DNA of 64,000 bases, from contig NC_087251.1 in NCBI RefSeq assembly GCF_037042905.1, positions 29,328,001-29,392,000 of the forward strand, in the 5' to 3' direction. Below the pieces are notes generated by a model. The model ran no database searches, was not told the origin of the DNA, and saw nothing but the letters and a program-made list of their open reading frames with translations. This stretch comes from Lytechinus pictus. Lineage: Eukaryota. Of the stretch, positions 53,601 through 64,000 are shown piece after piece; the stretch's first letter is position 1; each line of letters starts with the position of its first letter. A program made the position numbers and the translations under genes.

Positions 53601-56600
53601 TAAAGGGCTTCCTGATATAAAATGCAGGTTCAAATGAACTTTTCTGAGATATTTCCCTACTCACAAATGACAAATATAATGCACTTATTTCCAGGGCGTT
53701 TTACATAGTATGGTGTTAGCAAATTACAACCTACCCATCTTGAAAAGTCAAGATAAAGTGCCTTTAATGGAAGTTCACTCTAACGTAAAGTTTATTTTTA
53801 TAATAGCAGAAAAAAAGAAAGAAACATATTAGTGAAGGTTTTACTAAAATCTATCAAAGAATATTGAGTTATGGATTTTTAATGTTTCGGTTTTGTAATG
53901 TCACAAGTGAGCAGCTCTCAGTATGTCATGTGTTACAGATGAATCAACATTTATTCAGGAAATTGATTTTATTTATGCATTCATTGTATTATCAGACACA
54001 CCATTCCTTATCCACTTCTACAAGAAGAATATGTTTGTTCATGATGAACCATTAATAAAATGGGAGATTATGTAATGTATGTTTCCTGACAAATGGGGCA
54101 GCAGCTTGCATATAATGATAATAATGGTGGCTACTTATATAGCGCACAGGTCCACCTTTCGGTGCTCTTGGTGCTCAAAAAAGGCCCTGCTATTATCATT
54201 ACCCCGGCTAAGCTTGGCAACTGATTAAGGCACACACAGCTTTTTGAGGAATTACTTCATGCCGGTACCCATTTATATTACCTGGGTCGAGTGCAGCACA
54301 CAGTGGATGAATTCCTTGCTGAAGGAAATTGCGCCATGGCTGGGATTTGAACCCACGACCCTCTGTTTCAAAGTCCAGAGACTAATCCACTGGGCCACAA
54401 CGCTCCACATGATATCACATCACATATGACATCACAAACTCAAAACTTTAAAAATTCATAACTATTATTTCAGAATGATTTTTGTCTCACGTGCATAGCA
54501 GAGTGAGACTATAGGCGCCGCTTTTCCGACGGCGGCGGCGGCGGCGTCAACATCAAATCTTAACCTAAGGTTAAGTTTTTGAAATGACAGCATAACTTAG
54601 AAAGTATATGGACCTAGTTCATGAAACTTGGCCATAAGATTAATCAAGTATTACTGAACACTCTGCCTGAGTTTCAGGACACATGACCAAGGTCAAAGGT
54701 CATTTAGGGTCAATGAACTTAGACCATGTTGGGGGAATCAACATCAAAATCTTAACCTAAGGTTAAGTTTTTGAAATGTCATCATAACTTAGAAAATATA
54801 TGGACCTAGTTCATGAAACTTAGACATAAGGTTAATCAAGTATTACTGAACCTCCTGCTTGAGTTTCACGTTACATGACCAAGGTCAAAGGTCATTTAGG
54901 GTCAATGAACTTTGGCCACATTGGGGTATCTGTTGAATTACCATCATAACTTTAAATGGATCTGATTCATGAAACTTGGACATAAGAGTAATAAAGTATC
55001 ACTGAACATCCTGTGCAAGTTTCAGGTAACATGATTAAGGTCAAAGGTAATTTAAGGTCAATGAACTTTAGCCAAGTTGGGGATATTTGTTGAATTACCA
55101 TCATAACTTTGAAAGTTTATTGGTCTAGTTCATAAAATTTGGACATAAGAGTAATCAAGTATCACTGAACATCCTGTGCGAATTTCAGGTCACATGACCA
55201 AGGTCAAAGGTCAAATAACTTTGGCCATGTTGGGGGGGTATCTGTTGAATTACCATCATAACTTTGAAAGTTTATGGATCTGATTCATGAAACTTGGACA
55301 TAAGAGTGAACAAGTATCTTTGAACATTTCGTCCGAGTTTTAGGTTACATGACCAAAGTCAAAGGTCATTTAAGGTCATTGAACTTTGGCCATTTTAGAG
55401 GTAATTTTTAGATTGCTGTCGTAACTTTCAAAGTTTATAGATATAGTGTATAGAATGTGGATATAGGGGTAATCAAGTTTCACTGACAAGTTTTAGGTCA
55501 CATGATCAAGGTCAAATGTCAATGAACGTAGTATTGTATCATTATATGAATGGTGTTTTTTGTGAATAATTATTTGATAGTAGTTTTCAAAGTCAGCACT
55601 GCTGCTATATTGAATCGCGTGATGCAGGTGAGACCGCCAGAGGCATTCCACTTGTTATGAAACCTTCACCGATACTTATCTCTAAATGTTTATTAAAACC
55701 AACTTATCATCAGGGTGAATTTCGCCTTTAATTGTGTGTAGTGGGAAAAATTAATTGGCTGAACCCTATAGCTATATTGATAAAGGTATTTCCAGTGTTA
55801 TTTACAGAGTATAATATCAGCCAATTTCAATTGATTTGTTGTGAAAACCCAGTGATCATCATCATTATTCCCTTCTTTTTTTGTTTTGTTCAGCTTCTCC
55901 ACGAACTGGAATGATAGATGTCTCAGCATCGTTTAGCAGTAGTTTTGAAGAGAAGAAGACACCCAAGCCCCCTTTTTTGAAAATATTAAGCCAGGTAAAT
56001 TATATTATTATTTCATTCAGAATATTTGCAATTATAATTTTGTATGAATATTCAGGGTGATCTTCTGTATACCTATTAATTATTTGGCATTTTGATTTTT
56101 TTTTTATTCAGGTGCTTTGATTTCTTTTGATATAGATATTCATGATGATTTATTGATTGATTGATTGATTGGTGTTGATTTTTTACCTGATTGCTAAGAA
56201 AGCATGAATGCTTGTAAGCAAGCAACCAGAGGACTGACGGCTTAAGGTCCTCTCCGAGGGACCTGGTAATGAGGATAAATGCCTTACCAAAGGGCACTAG
56301 CGCACCAAGTGGGAATCGAACCCGGGTCACCGGAATCCGAAACCCCCGCTCTATCGACTGAGCTATCGCGAATAGAAAGATTTAATGGGAACTTCTTATT
56401 TCTCATTTGATTAAATTTTGATTCATATATTAATGTATTATTTCTTTTCTTCATTTGAAAGAAAAAGAAAAGAATTAATGCAAAATGTTTCTTTAGAATG
56501 AGGATGGAATTAATCTTGACTGGTGTTACGAGAGTAATTCACAGTATACCTGTCATTATGCAGAGTAGGTTTAATGAAATAGCTTGCCATCAGTATTCAA

Positions 56601-59600
56601 ATGACTTCCTTGTGAGACCTAACAAATAGAGCTGACCAGGGTCCCGTAATACAAAGGCTAGCAATTAATCGTATGCGTGATTTTCACGATTGATTGTACA
56701 TTATAGTCAATGGAATCAGTCGTAGAAAAATGTTCTACGATCATTGCTAAGCTTTGTGTTACGGGCCCCAGAATGTTGTTTCTCTCTGTAATGACTTTTC
56801 ATTTTATTGTTATTAAAACCTTGTTTATTAATGCTTATCGTAAGATTTGGTTAGTCACCCAAAAGTACTTCAGTATTCAATTTATTACTTGATTATGTGT
56901 ATGCCCTAATATAGTTATGATGTGAAGGACATGAGATAAATTTGTATAATTGTTTAACTTCTTATACAGGGTGTGGGCTGAAAAATTCAGGAATTCTTCT
57001 TTGTCTATAGCTGTTTGATATCCATATACTAAATTTATAAGGTAATAGCTTAAATAGAGTACTTAAGTGATGACGTCACAAAAAACTTTTTTGGGGGCAT
57101 TTCAGCGTTTTTTATACCATATTTTGGTAGAGCATGATGAACAACTCCCCACTACCCAAATTTGGTGGGAAAGGTTCATGGGGGCCTTAGATATGACCTC
57201 ATGAATACATAATTAGCCCCATTGAAGTCAATGTATTATTGGCCTGGGTCTAAATGTTAGATGATACTTGAGTATTTCACACTTATCATCTTTTACAAAG
57301 CTTTAAGTAGGTTTATGACCATGCCCTTTTTGTGTTTCTCTTGAGTTATCTTCCTGAGCGGTCACATGTTCGTCTTTACCATGCTTTGGGATTGTCCTGT
57401 ATTTTCACTCTATAATATGTTTATTTTGCATTTTTATTTTACAGATATGGGTTGCAGGATTAGGGGTATTTCTAACATTTGCTGTGACACTTGGTAACTT
57501 CCCTGGCGTAATATCACAGATAGAATCCATGCATCAGAGCGAATGGACAGGTAAGTGTTACATGTATGTCATCAACCCTTAGAGATACACAGCTCTTCTT
57601 ATTCTGCTTTCAGTTTCAAATCGGCAACTTACAAAAAATTCCCGTGTATTTAAGTACAAAATCACTAAACATATGTATGAATTTCATTATTGGGGGTAGA
57701 AAGGAGAAGTTTATCCTGACATCATGTTGGTTTTACTAAAAGAAAATAGCATATAACATATTTGACAAAAATCCATTAACAATGAATGATAGAGGTATGG
57801 ATTTAAAAGCTCTGATTTTCTGATTTCACATGTGAGCAGCTACATGTACTCCATATGTCATGAAAAGTAGATACAGGCAGAATATGGATTAATTGTGTTG
57901 TATAATGATAAAGTTATTTAATCTTATTGTAGTTTATTCATTTCAATGATTACCATGAGTAACAACTATATATTCATTCCATCAGTAATGTACTTGTACT
58001 AGTACAAACACTATCATTTTCATGGCATTCTAGTAAAAGTAAGGTCATTTTATTACTATTCATTCTCATTCTGGATACTTCTGCCCAGGTGTGCAAAGTG
58101 ATATTAGATTGTCATTCTAGACACTTAGAAACCAAAGAAAATGAAAAAAGGGAAAGTACCACATGTGAAATGACAGAGTACAGTATAGCTTGATGTTAAT
58201 GAGGAAATGGCTCATGATAATTGTTGCCTTGAAGTTGAAGCCTCTACTGAGAATACCTTACTATGTGAAACATGAATTACATGTGTGTGGGATCAGGTTT
58301 TTATCGATGTGGATCAATCAGATCTATTATTTACTTTTTAATGTCACCAGGCCTTGAACCTTAAACCTCTGTATCAGTTCATAACTATTTCATTTAATTT
58401 CTATAAAGCTCTACATGATTAAGGCCTCGGGGGGAAAATGTACTATAAATTTTTTCTGTGATTTCATCAATTCAATTCAATTTCTTTTCCATTCAAAGAT
58501 AATACAATGTAATATAAATCAGATACAAATGAATTGATTGATATTTTAAAGAAAATAGTATAAAATAGAGCATATCACCACTTTAAACTTTAAAAAAAAT
58601 TATCTTCATCAATTTTTTGCTGTGTAATAACTATTCTATTGCCTGAAATCAATTTAAAATATTGTATGTACATGTATATTCTCTTCTCTTCCAGATATGT
58701 ACTTCACACCGATCTTCTGTTTTCTTCTTTTCAATGCATTGGATTATTTAGGTAGATCTTTGTCATTTATTCAGCTGGTAAGTGTTTTAGTTTGAATAGT
58801 TAATATGACCTGGGGATTGTTTCAATAAAACTATTTATAAGATATGCATGCACAACTGGTGATCCTGTGTTAAATGAAATACCCCAAAGTTTCCCTGTAA
58901 CACTGAACTGTATACAGACTTTGCATTCTAATGCTTTTGAAACAAAAAATCTAAAAAATAAGTAGGAATATCTTTAGCCGATGAGAATGCAAATTATTAA
59001 GAGTCTGATTTAACCCAAGAAAGGGTGACCATATGTGCATAAGTGGTTATGGAACATACATACAGCTTTATGGAACACAACCTTGGCTCTGTAAAATAAA
59101 ATATACAATAAATTATGGCACATATTGGATGGTATGTGCTTCGAGGCACTTATGTTCACATGTTTCTGCTTCTATAAGGCTTGCAAATGACTAGCCGAGT
59201 TGACATTGTGCAACATTGTGAGTAATGTATGTCCCTCAACAATGGATATTCAAGGGGTTGTTTGCAGTGCCATTTTAATTGACTTTCATTTGAATTTTCT
59301 TGATGAGTGGTACAGAAGCAAATGTATTTATGTGTGATTCTTCACCACCTTTGTAATATTCATGTCATGCATGGTGTGGTTTGGTTGTATATGTATTTAT
59401 TCAGAACCATCACTGTATAATGCTATTTACAGGAGAAGAAAATTTTTATAAGTCATGAATCATGACCAGATCATGACAAAATTATTGAATATAAATTGAT
59501 TTGTTTTAGTGTGCATTGAGCTTAGATTGTAGTACTAAAATTAATTTTGTGATTATTGTCATATACTTATAAATCCTGTTTTTTCCCCCTCTTTTTATAC

Positions 59601-60846
59601 TCAATCAACAGCCCAGCCAAAATCACATGGGAGTCGTGAGTTTGTTGGTCATTCTTCGATTAGGTTTTTTCCCTCTGTTTGCCCTGTGTAACGTTAGCCC
59701 TGAATCCAGGGACTCGGATGTGGTCTTTACCCATGATGCCTACCCTATTGTCTTCATGTTCTTCTTTGCCTTGTCCAATGGTTATCTAGGGTCACTCTGC
59801 ATGATGTATGGCCCAAAGTAAGTAGGAATACACTCTTCCAACTATGGTTTGATACGATTATGCTGGAAAATATACATCCTGGTTTAAATCAAAGTTGACG
59901 GATTCCACACAATTGGATATGCAATTGTTCCAGATTTATTGGAATCTATGTTTAATCAGTTGTGTTAATTAAAATTTGTGTGTGTAATCTATAATTTTCA
60001 AAGTTGCTAAATTTCTCATTTTTGGTGTGGATACTCTTTATTATGATATTCTTTGGGAAATTTTTGGATCTGACATGGACTTACAAAATATGTTACTCTG
60101 AAACTGGCTACCAAACAAACTTTGAAAAAGTTGGTATTAGCATGAATTCTTTGTTTAAAAGACTGAAAGATTTTACCTCATGGAAATTCAATCACAACCT
60201 TGATTTTATACCCCAAACTATGAAATTTTTTCTTTTGACCCTTAGACTAACTGATCCAATAGCTAGAATGATCACCAACTTTTTTAGTATACCAACAAGA
60301 AAAAGACATGCCATAAATTTGGGTAGAAAAGATCCGAGTTGTATGTCAAGGCACTGGCATAAATACTGTTATTATGATAAAAGAATAAATATGTAATTTC
60401 ACACACAAAGAGTAAATTGTGACATTTTGGCTGCAATTGATAAAGACTTGCAGTTACAACAGATATATCACACTTTTTGTTTACTTTGTGTGACATATCT
60501 CAGTCACATTTCCCGTACAGTGGCCAAAACAGCCGTTTTATTCATTTTCATTCAATCCACCTATATGTAGCTGGTACGAAAAATGTTAAAGCGGCTGTTT
60601 TCGACTCGCCATAGGGGAAATGTTACTGAGCTATTACTCTTTTAGTATTGTTCACTGTGGTGATCAACATTTTCTGCTCTATACTTATTATAATTCTGTT
60701 TATATTTTGCGTTTTTATGTTGTTGTTTTCTTAGGTTTGTAAAGCCAGAGCACCAGGAGACTGCGGGAAACATGATGGCATTCTTCTTGGTCTTAGGGTT
60801 GGCTACAGGATCAGCTATATCAGTATTGGTCATTTATGTTCTTTGA
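30572..60846 (+). CDS. SLC29A: Equilibrative nucleoside transporter (SLC29/ENT1-3 family), 13 coding exons, 488 aa
   Basis: join(30572-30582,44124-44273,44952-45033,45822-46027,47739-47833,48985-49035,50746-50880,52766-52894,55894-55994,57445-57550,58695-58777,59612-59817,60735-60846) = 1467 nt. All introns GT-AG and phase-consistent. ENT motifs PKDRY..LPWNMFITA, MAGQGLGG, FPG, FNALDYLGR, SNGYLGSLCMMYGPK, ETAG. Confidence 0.93.
31570..33846. mobile_element. Sola2-like non-autonomous DNA transposon
   Basis: TIR GGGCATTTTCAC/GTGAAAATGCCC, 4-bp TSD ATCG (31566-69, 33847-50), about 10 internal GTAAYGTCAGTTAC motifs. GRG ends with a 4-bp TSD fit Sola2. Confidence 0.8.
33851..34060 (-). mobile_element. 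SINE-like fragment (Meta/MESC-core-like), probably continuing at ~31505-31569 and split by the Sola2-like element
   Basis: Minus strand reads ggaaaggacg...ggtcccgtgtataggagagtcacaacctatgcacgttaaa, resembling a SINE central domain I recall. Not verified. Confidence 0.4.
34198..35005 (+). mobile_element. 5'-truncated Helentron-associated (HINE/DINE-like) element with ~150-bp tandem units
   Basis: Same units and 3' end (atgcaggcgagac...ccacttgtt) as 54479-55656. Confidence 0.75.
35537..36433. mobile_element. Kolobok-like MITE containing a SINE
   Basis: TTAA|AGGCCAAGTCCACCCCAG ... CTGGAGTGGACTTGTCCT|TTAA, same family as 61305. Confidence 0.85.
35638..35917 (+). mobile_element. tRNA-derived SINE, near full length
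   Basis: A box TGGTCTAGTGG, B box GGTTCGAATC, shared body, AAGCGCTTTATAAAT and (TAT)n tail. Confidence 0.85.
36684..38846. mobile_element. Non-autonomous DNA transposon with 8-bp TSD (hAT- or P-like)
   Basis: Perfect 15-bp TIR CAACCAAAAAATTAC/GTAATTTTTTGGTTG, perfect TSD GATAGCAG (36676-83, 38847-54), subterminal AGCCCYGGAAA repeats. Confidence 0.88.
39331..40213. mobile_element. PIF/Harbinger-like MITE
   Basis: TTA|GGGTGTGTTTATG ... CATAAACACGGCC|TAA, with subterminal inverted gaatcagcgtt/aacgctgattc. Confidence 0.7.
41280..42215. mobile_element. Kolobok-like element
   Basis: TTAA|GGACGTTCCACAGTTA ... TAACTGTGGAACGTCC|TTAA. Confidence 0.88.
43359..43574. mobile_element. Short Harbinger-like MITE (TTGCAAGAA family)
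   Basis: TAA|TGGGATGTTGCAAGAA ... TTCTTGCAACACCCCC|TTA. Confidence 0.7.
44124..44273 (+). CDS. SLC29A: ENT exon 2 (SASERDALLG...KPPKDR)
   Basis: atacag|T ... AG|gttagt. Confidence 0.85.
44952..45033 (+). CDS. SLC29A: ENT exon 3 (YFFVYIVFYTFGMCSVLPWNMFITAQN, TM1)
   Basis: ctgcag|G ... AAT|gtaagt. Confidence 0.93.
45822..46027 (+). CDS. SLC29A: ENT exon 4 (YFDYKFAN...IKHK)
   Basis: attaag|TAC ... AA|gtaagt. Loop carries N-x-S/T sequons. Confidence 0.88.
46143..46696. mobile_element. MITE with CCCGG-polyG/polyC ends (CMC/EnSpm-like), CpG-rich
   Basis: cccgggggg..cactc ... gagtacccccc..ctggg. Internal CGCTCCAAAGC repeats. Confidence 0.65.
47739..47833 (+). CDS. SLC29A: ENT exon 5
   Basis: atgcag|G VTLKVRMLTSL...VDTND T|gtaagt. 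Confidence 0.9.
48985..49035 (+). CDS. SLC29A: ENT exon 6
   Basis: aacag|GG EKQFFWITLASVVVIN T|gtgagt. Confidence 0.9.
49328..49560 (-). mobile_element. SINE insertion with inverted 5' portion
   Basis: Tail on the minus strand (49328-49400), body on the plus strand (49401-49560), TSD GTAAAAAGTAAT. Confidence 0.8.
49927..50006 (+). pseudogene. Partial duplicate of ENT exon 7 (pseudo-exon A)
   Basis: Acceptor plus the first ~80 nt of exon 7. In-frame TAA (GGA TAA CTG). Confidence 0.85.
50020..50235. repeat. (AGT/AGC)n microsatellite; a second tract at 50650-50715
   Basis: Direct reading. Confidence 0.9.
50266..50346 (+). pseudogene. Partial duplicate of ENT exon 7 (pseudo-exon B)
   Basis: Acceptor identical to the real exon. 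An extra G in the G-run causes a frameshift. Diverges after ATGGCT. Confidence 0.85.
50746..50880 (+). CDS. SLC29A: ENT exon 7 (FSAIFQGSVFGLGGLLPKKYTQALMAGQGLGG...)
   Basis: ttcag|GT ... GCAA|gtaatt. Confidence 0.93.
51831..52390. repeat. Four near-identical ~140-bp tandem units
   Basis: Units start at 51831, 51971, 52112 and 52252. Confidence 0.92.
52364..52690. mobile_element. Two adjacent small Harbinger-like MITEs
   Basis: gggtgtctcataaagctg...cagctttacgaaa and ggtgtttcatgaagctg...ctttatgaaacacgg. Confidence 0.55.
52766..52894 (+). CDS. SLC29A: ENT exon 8
   Basis: ttcag|CT ... GFVYFLIS...FAEYYLNKQ G|gtatgt. Confidence 0.9.
54113..54407 (-). mobile_element. tRNA-derived SINE (same head and body as 35638)
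   Basis: Minus strand: ggagcgttgtggcccagtgg...ggttcaaatccc...gcactcgacccaggt...gccggggtaat...gcgctatataag. Confidence 0.85.
54479..55656 (+). mobile_element. Complete Helentron-associated (HINE/DINE-1-like) element with internal ~150-bp tandem array
   Basis: T-run start, subterminal IR gtctcacgtgcat / atgcaggtgagac, (GGC)n microsatellite, tandem units, short 3' hairpin, ends CTTGTT, no TSD. Confidence 0.8.
55894..55994 (+). CDS. SLC29A: ENT exon 9 (cytoplasmic loop)
   Basis: ttcag|CT ... PPFLKILSQ|gtaaat. Confidence 0.85.
56140..56370 (-). mobile_element. tRNA-derived SINE of a second family with (TCAA)n tail
   Basis: Minus strand: gatagctcagtcgatagagc...ggttcgattccc head, body, then caatcaatcaat. 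Confidence 0.8.
56639..56769. mobile_element. Tiny Harbinger-like MITE
   Basis: ggtcccgtaatacaaag / ctttgtgttacgggccc. Confidence 0.6.
57445..57550 (+). CDS. SLC29A: ENT exon 10
   Basis: tacag|IWVAGLGVFLTFAVTLGNFPG... G|gtaagt. Confidence 0.92.
58695..58777 (+). CDS. SLC29A: ENT exon 11
   Basis: ccag|AT MYFTPIFCFLLFNALDYLGRSL... CTG|gtaagt. Confidence 0.93.
59612..59817 (+). CDS. SLC29A: ENT exon 12
   Basis: aacag|CCC ... SNGYLGSLCMMYGP AA|gtaagt. Confidence 0.93.
60735..60846 (+). CDS. SLC29A: ENT exon 13 (last coding)
   Basis: cttag|G FVKPEHQETAGNMMAFFLVLGLATGS...VL TGA. Confidence 0.93.
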
Positions 60847-61304
60847 AAGGTCACAATGGTCATAGACAGACTGTACTGGATACAGGGTGATGTGAAGGCT
60901 GCATTTTAGGAGATAGACATTGGATAGAAACAGATGATTGAATATACATGGTGCACATATAGAGAGACCATCACATGGATGATGCATCTAGATTGTTGCT
61001 AGAAGCTGGGGAGAGAAGAAGCACTGACTTTTGTTCAAGTGGAACATCACTCTTTTTTTTTCCATTTATATTTGATAAAGAAATGAAGGTTTATGCCACC
61101 CCCCCCCCCCCCCCCCCGTTTCTGAAATACAACTCCATAGCTTATAGCTTTCCACGTAGATATTTGTTTTCTTCATCGAGTAGCAAAGAAAACCCTGTGT
61201 GTGAAGTTGCTTCCTATTTTGAAAATTGACAGAATAGTTTTAATAAGATCAGGGGCAGTATTATGAGAGCTCAATTTGTGCTGAACTAGCATTTTGGTAT
61301 TTAA

Positions 61305-61862
61305 AGGTCAAGTCCACCCCAGAAAACTTGAACAAGTGTAACGCTGAGTTTCATCAAAATCGCATATGAAATAAGAAAGTTATATGATATTTTAAAGTTT
61401 TGCTTATTTTTCACAAAAGAGTTATCTACACAAGAGATTTGATGATGTCCTTCACTCACTATTTCTTTCTGTTTTATTCTTTGAGTTATACAATATTACA
61501 ATTTTTACAGATTTGCCAATTAGGCCCAACTTGACTGGACCATGAAATGTGAAAGCAATGGTAATACCACATGTTCAAGGAGGAATAAGAATTTGTTTCA
61601 CAGGACAATAAGGAGAAAATTAGAATATTTCATATTTTATATAATAAAATACTAAAGAAATAGTGAGTGGGTGACATCATCAGTCCCCTCATTTGCATAC
61701 TGACCAGGAGTTGCATATAACTGTTTTTGTGAAATTGAGCGTAACTTTAAAATGTCATAATTTTCTTATTTTTCATCTGATTTTGATGAAATTTTCAGTG
61801 TTATGCTTGTTGGATTTTTCTCTTTTTATTCAAATAATTTTTTTTTTGGGGTGGACTTGTCC
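61305..61862. mobile_element. Kolobok-like MITE downstream of the ENT stop codon
   Basis: TTAA|AGGTCAAGTCCACCCC ... GGGGTGGACTTGTCC|TTAA. Confidence 0.85.
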
Positions 61863-62338
61863 TTAAAGGTTCCTTTAAAAGGGAGCTTGCCTAAATTGAG
61901 TTGAGCACTGGTAGAGTTTTCAGAATACCAATTTAAAGATTTATTAACACTCATTGAAATGTTCTACTTACAAGGAAAATTCAATGGAGCCTTACAAGAG
62001 TTTACAGAATACCACCCCTGAACAAGTTTGTTCAGAAAAAATGAAAACATGTTTACTATCTTTTTGTACTTTGAAAATTGAAGATCTTTGTTCTTTATGT
62101 ATGGAGCCTTTACCTAAGTATTATGTCTTGCCATTTATATCTTTAATGAATAAAACAAGTATGATGGGTTTATAGGCAGAAACACACTTTCCTAACGTAG
62201 CAACTCATTCGTTATGAATATATGGTCTTTGTTCATTACACATCTCTCTTTGAATGTGATCATCGTTTAATGTCACAAGGGGGATCAGATCTGAAGGGTA
62301 TTATTTTTAAGGGGCTGGAGTTCAGCAAATTGTGAGTT

Positions 62339-62565
62339 AATAATATATAGCATTTATTAGGCGCCGATTTATCTAGTTTCCCATTCAATGGCGCACCATA
62401 TATTACCCCGGCTGTAGCTCCAGCTGCTAAAGGCGCTTGATGCATTCAAGGAATTAATCCTGCCGGGTACCCATTCACCTCACCTGGGTTGAGTGCAGCA
62501 CAATGTGGATGAGATTCGAATCCACATCCCTCTCATTGAAAGACGAGATTCGTAAATACTAGACC
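62339..62565 (-). mobile_element. SINE copy (35638 family), internally deleted
   Basis: Shared gcactcaacccaggtgaggtgaatgggtacccggcagg body on the minus strand. Confidence 0.75.
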
Positions 62566-64000
62566 CCCAGATTAGAACTAATTAAAGAAATATTTCAAAA
62601 TCTATTGAAAACATTCAGAAGTTTTATAAAGTCTGTGCAGGACTGCACACAAATACAATTGATGGGTGTTTTGAATCAAAAGCCCTTTTTACAATTATAT
62701 CATTCTGTTTAGTATTCAATTTCATGTTTTTTTTAATGTTTTATTCATTCACTTGTTGAATTGAATATCATTCCATGTTAAGTTTGTTCTGCCATCATCT
62801 ATAAACTTTTCTATTTACAGAAACTGTAGTTAGACATCATTAATGTTTATACTGTATGGAGTGAGAAGGATATACATGTGCTTTGTTCATAATATTGAAA
62901 ATTGAAATGTTGTTGTACTTGAAATATTTGTACTATTGAAGTTTTGTTTGACTATTATATTGAATTTTGATTATGAAGGTGCATATGATGTTTCAGTACT
63001 TTCATTATTTTCTCTTTGATTATACTTAAGTAGGTTTTGAGATGTTGATACCATGTTGTTATGTATGTCCTGATAAAAGATCAATACCATGCTGATCATT
63101 ATTTTGGAAGACTGCTTTAGTCATTTTGTATATTAGAGAAAAGGGAATAGTCCCTACCCAACATCGAAGTGACATTATCTGTGTGGCCAATTTGAAATTG
63201 TGATTACATCTTCTTTAAATTCTTTTAAAACAACTCTTCATTTGGGTTGGATTCCCTTTAAAGAAACACTTTATTTTGTATTTGCTCTTCGGCACACCAA
63301 TATTTGATGATTTGTCAATTCCATAGAGCATTAAGTAATGTGCTTATGCATACACATGAATCAGCTGCCTAATTCAAATATAAATTGTAAATATTAGCAA
63401 AACAAACTTCTCAGGATAACAGTGTAAAATTTAAGGCACATTGTAGAATATATGTATAGAAATTCATCAAAAAGTAGAGATGAGTATTTAATATAATATA
63501 TATATAGAATCCTCTCCTGTTTTATTTTCAGCTCAAGATGTATATGTATATTGGGCTTCACATTACATTTCTATTGTTAAAAAGTTGCAATAATTTATTT
63601 GTTATTTTTGTTCATAGATGATCATTTCTTGAAGCTAAATATTTAATTGACAAATCAAAACCCTTGGAGCTATAAAGGACAATAATACAAGTTTTAAGTA
63701 TCTTCACCGCTTGTCAGCCGAGTATGTTACTCAAGAAAAACTCCCCCCAAAAATTGTGCTTTTCATCGGCCTGAATTCTGTAACATACCATGTCAGAAGG
63801 GATGATTGCAAAGGGTCTTATGCAAAAGAGTGAATATTTTCTTGATTTCAGTCTTGAATTTGCTATTTTTCACAAAAAGAGGATAACTCTTTCAATATCT
63901 AGTGCTTACATGGATGGAGACTTGCAGCTCTTGACCATGTTCTATTTTGATACCTTTTTTTGGTCTTATTAGGCCCATATTGCTATATCAGGAAAAGCAG

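Larger units (their letters stand above)
53768..55726. mobile_element. Old TTAA-flanked MITE hosting a SINE and a HINE
   Basis: ttaatggaagttcactct...gtgaaggttt mirrored by aaaccttcac...agggtgaatttcgcctttaa. Confidence 0.55.

Overview
AT-rich, intron-rich animal genomic DNA. The repeat repertoire suggests a marine invertebrate such as a sea urchin (inference only). Two host genes lie head-to-head. On the minus strand is the 5' part of an EF-hand gene resembling the WDY/EFCAB8/WDR49 EF-hand+WD40 family (exons about 22.3k, 7.4k, 4.3-4.55k and 2.46-2.54k, running off the left edge). On the plus strand is a complete 13-coding-exon equilibrative nucleoside transporter (SLC29/ENT, 488 aa, 30572-60846). 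Between them sits an intact, very young Ty3/Gypsy (Mag-like) LTR retrotransposon with identical 158-bp LTRs and a CTCAC TSD. A 13-kb foldback-type, Academ-like DNA transposon (7538-20544, ATA TSD) has multi-kb inverted arms carrying more than 20 RFX X-box-like palindromes. It is inserted in a putative splice-acceptor tract of the EF-hand gene and hosts nested elements. The ENT introns hold many non-autonomous elements (Sola2-, hAT/P-, Kolobok-, Harbinger- and Helentron-like, plus tRNA-SINEs), duplicated pseudo-exons and a SINE with twin-priming geometry. I found no novel protein-coding system. The most interesting signals are transposon-borne TF-motif arrays and unusual retrotransposition/duplication structures. 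All family assignments come from reading termini, TSDs and motifs by eye, not from database searches.
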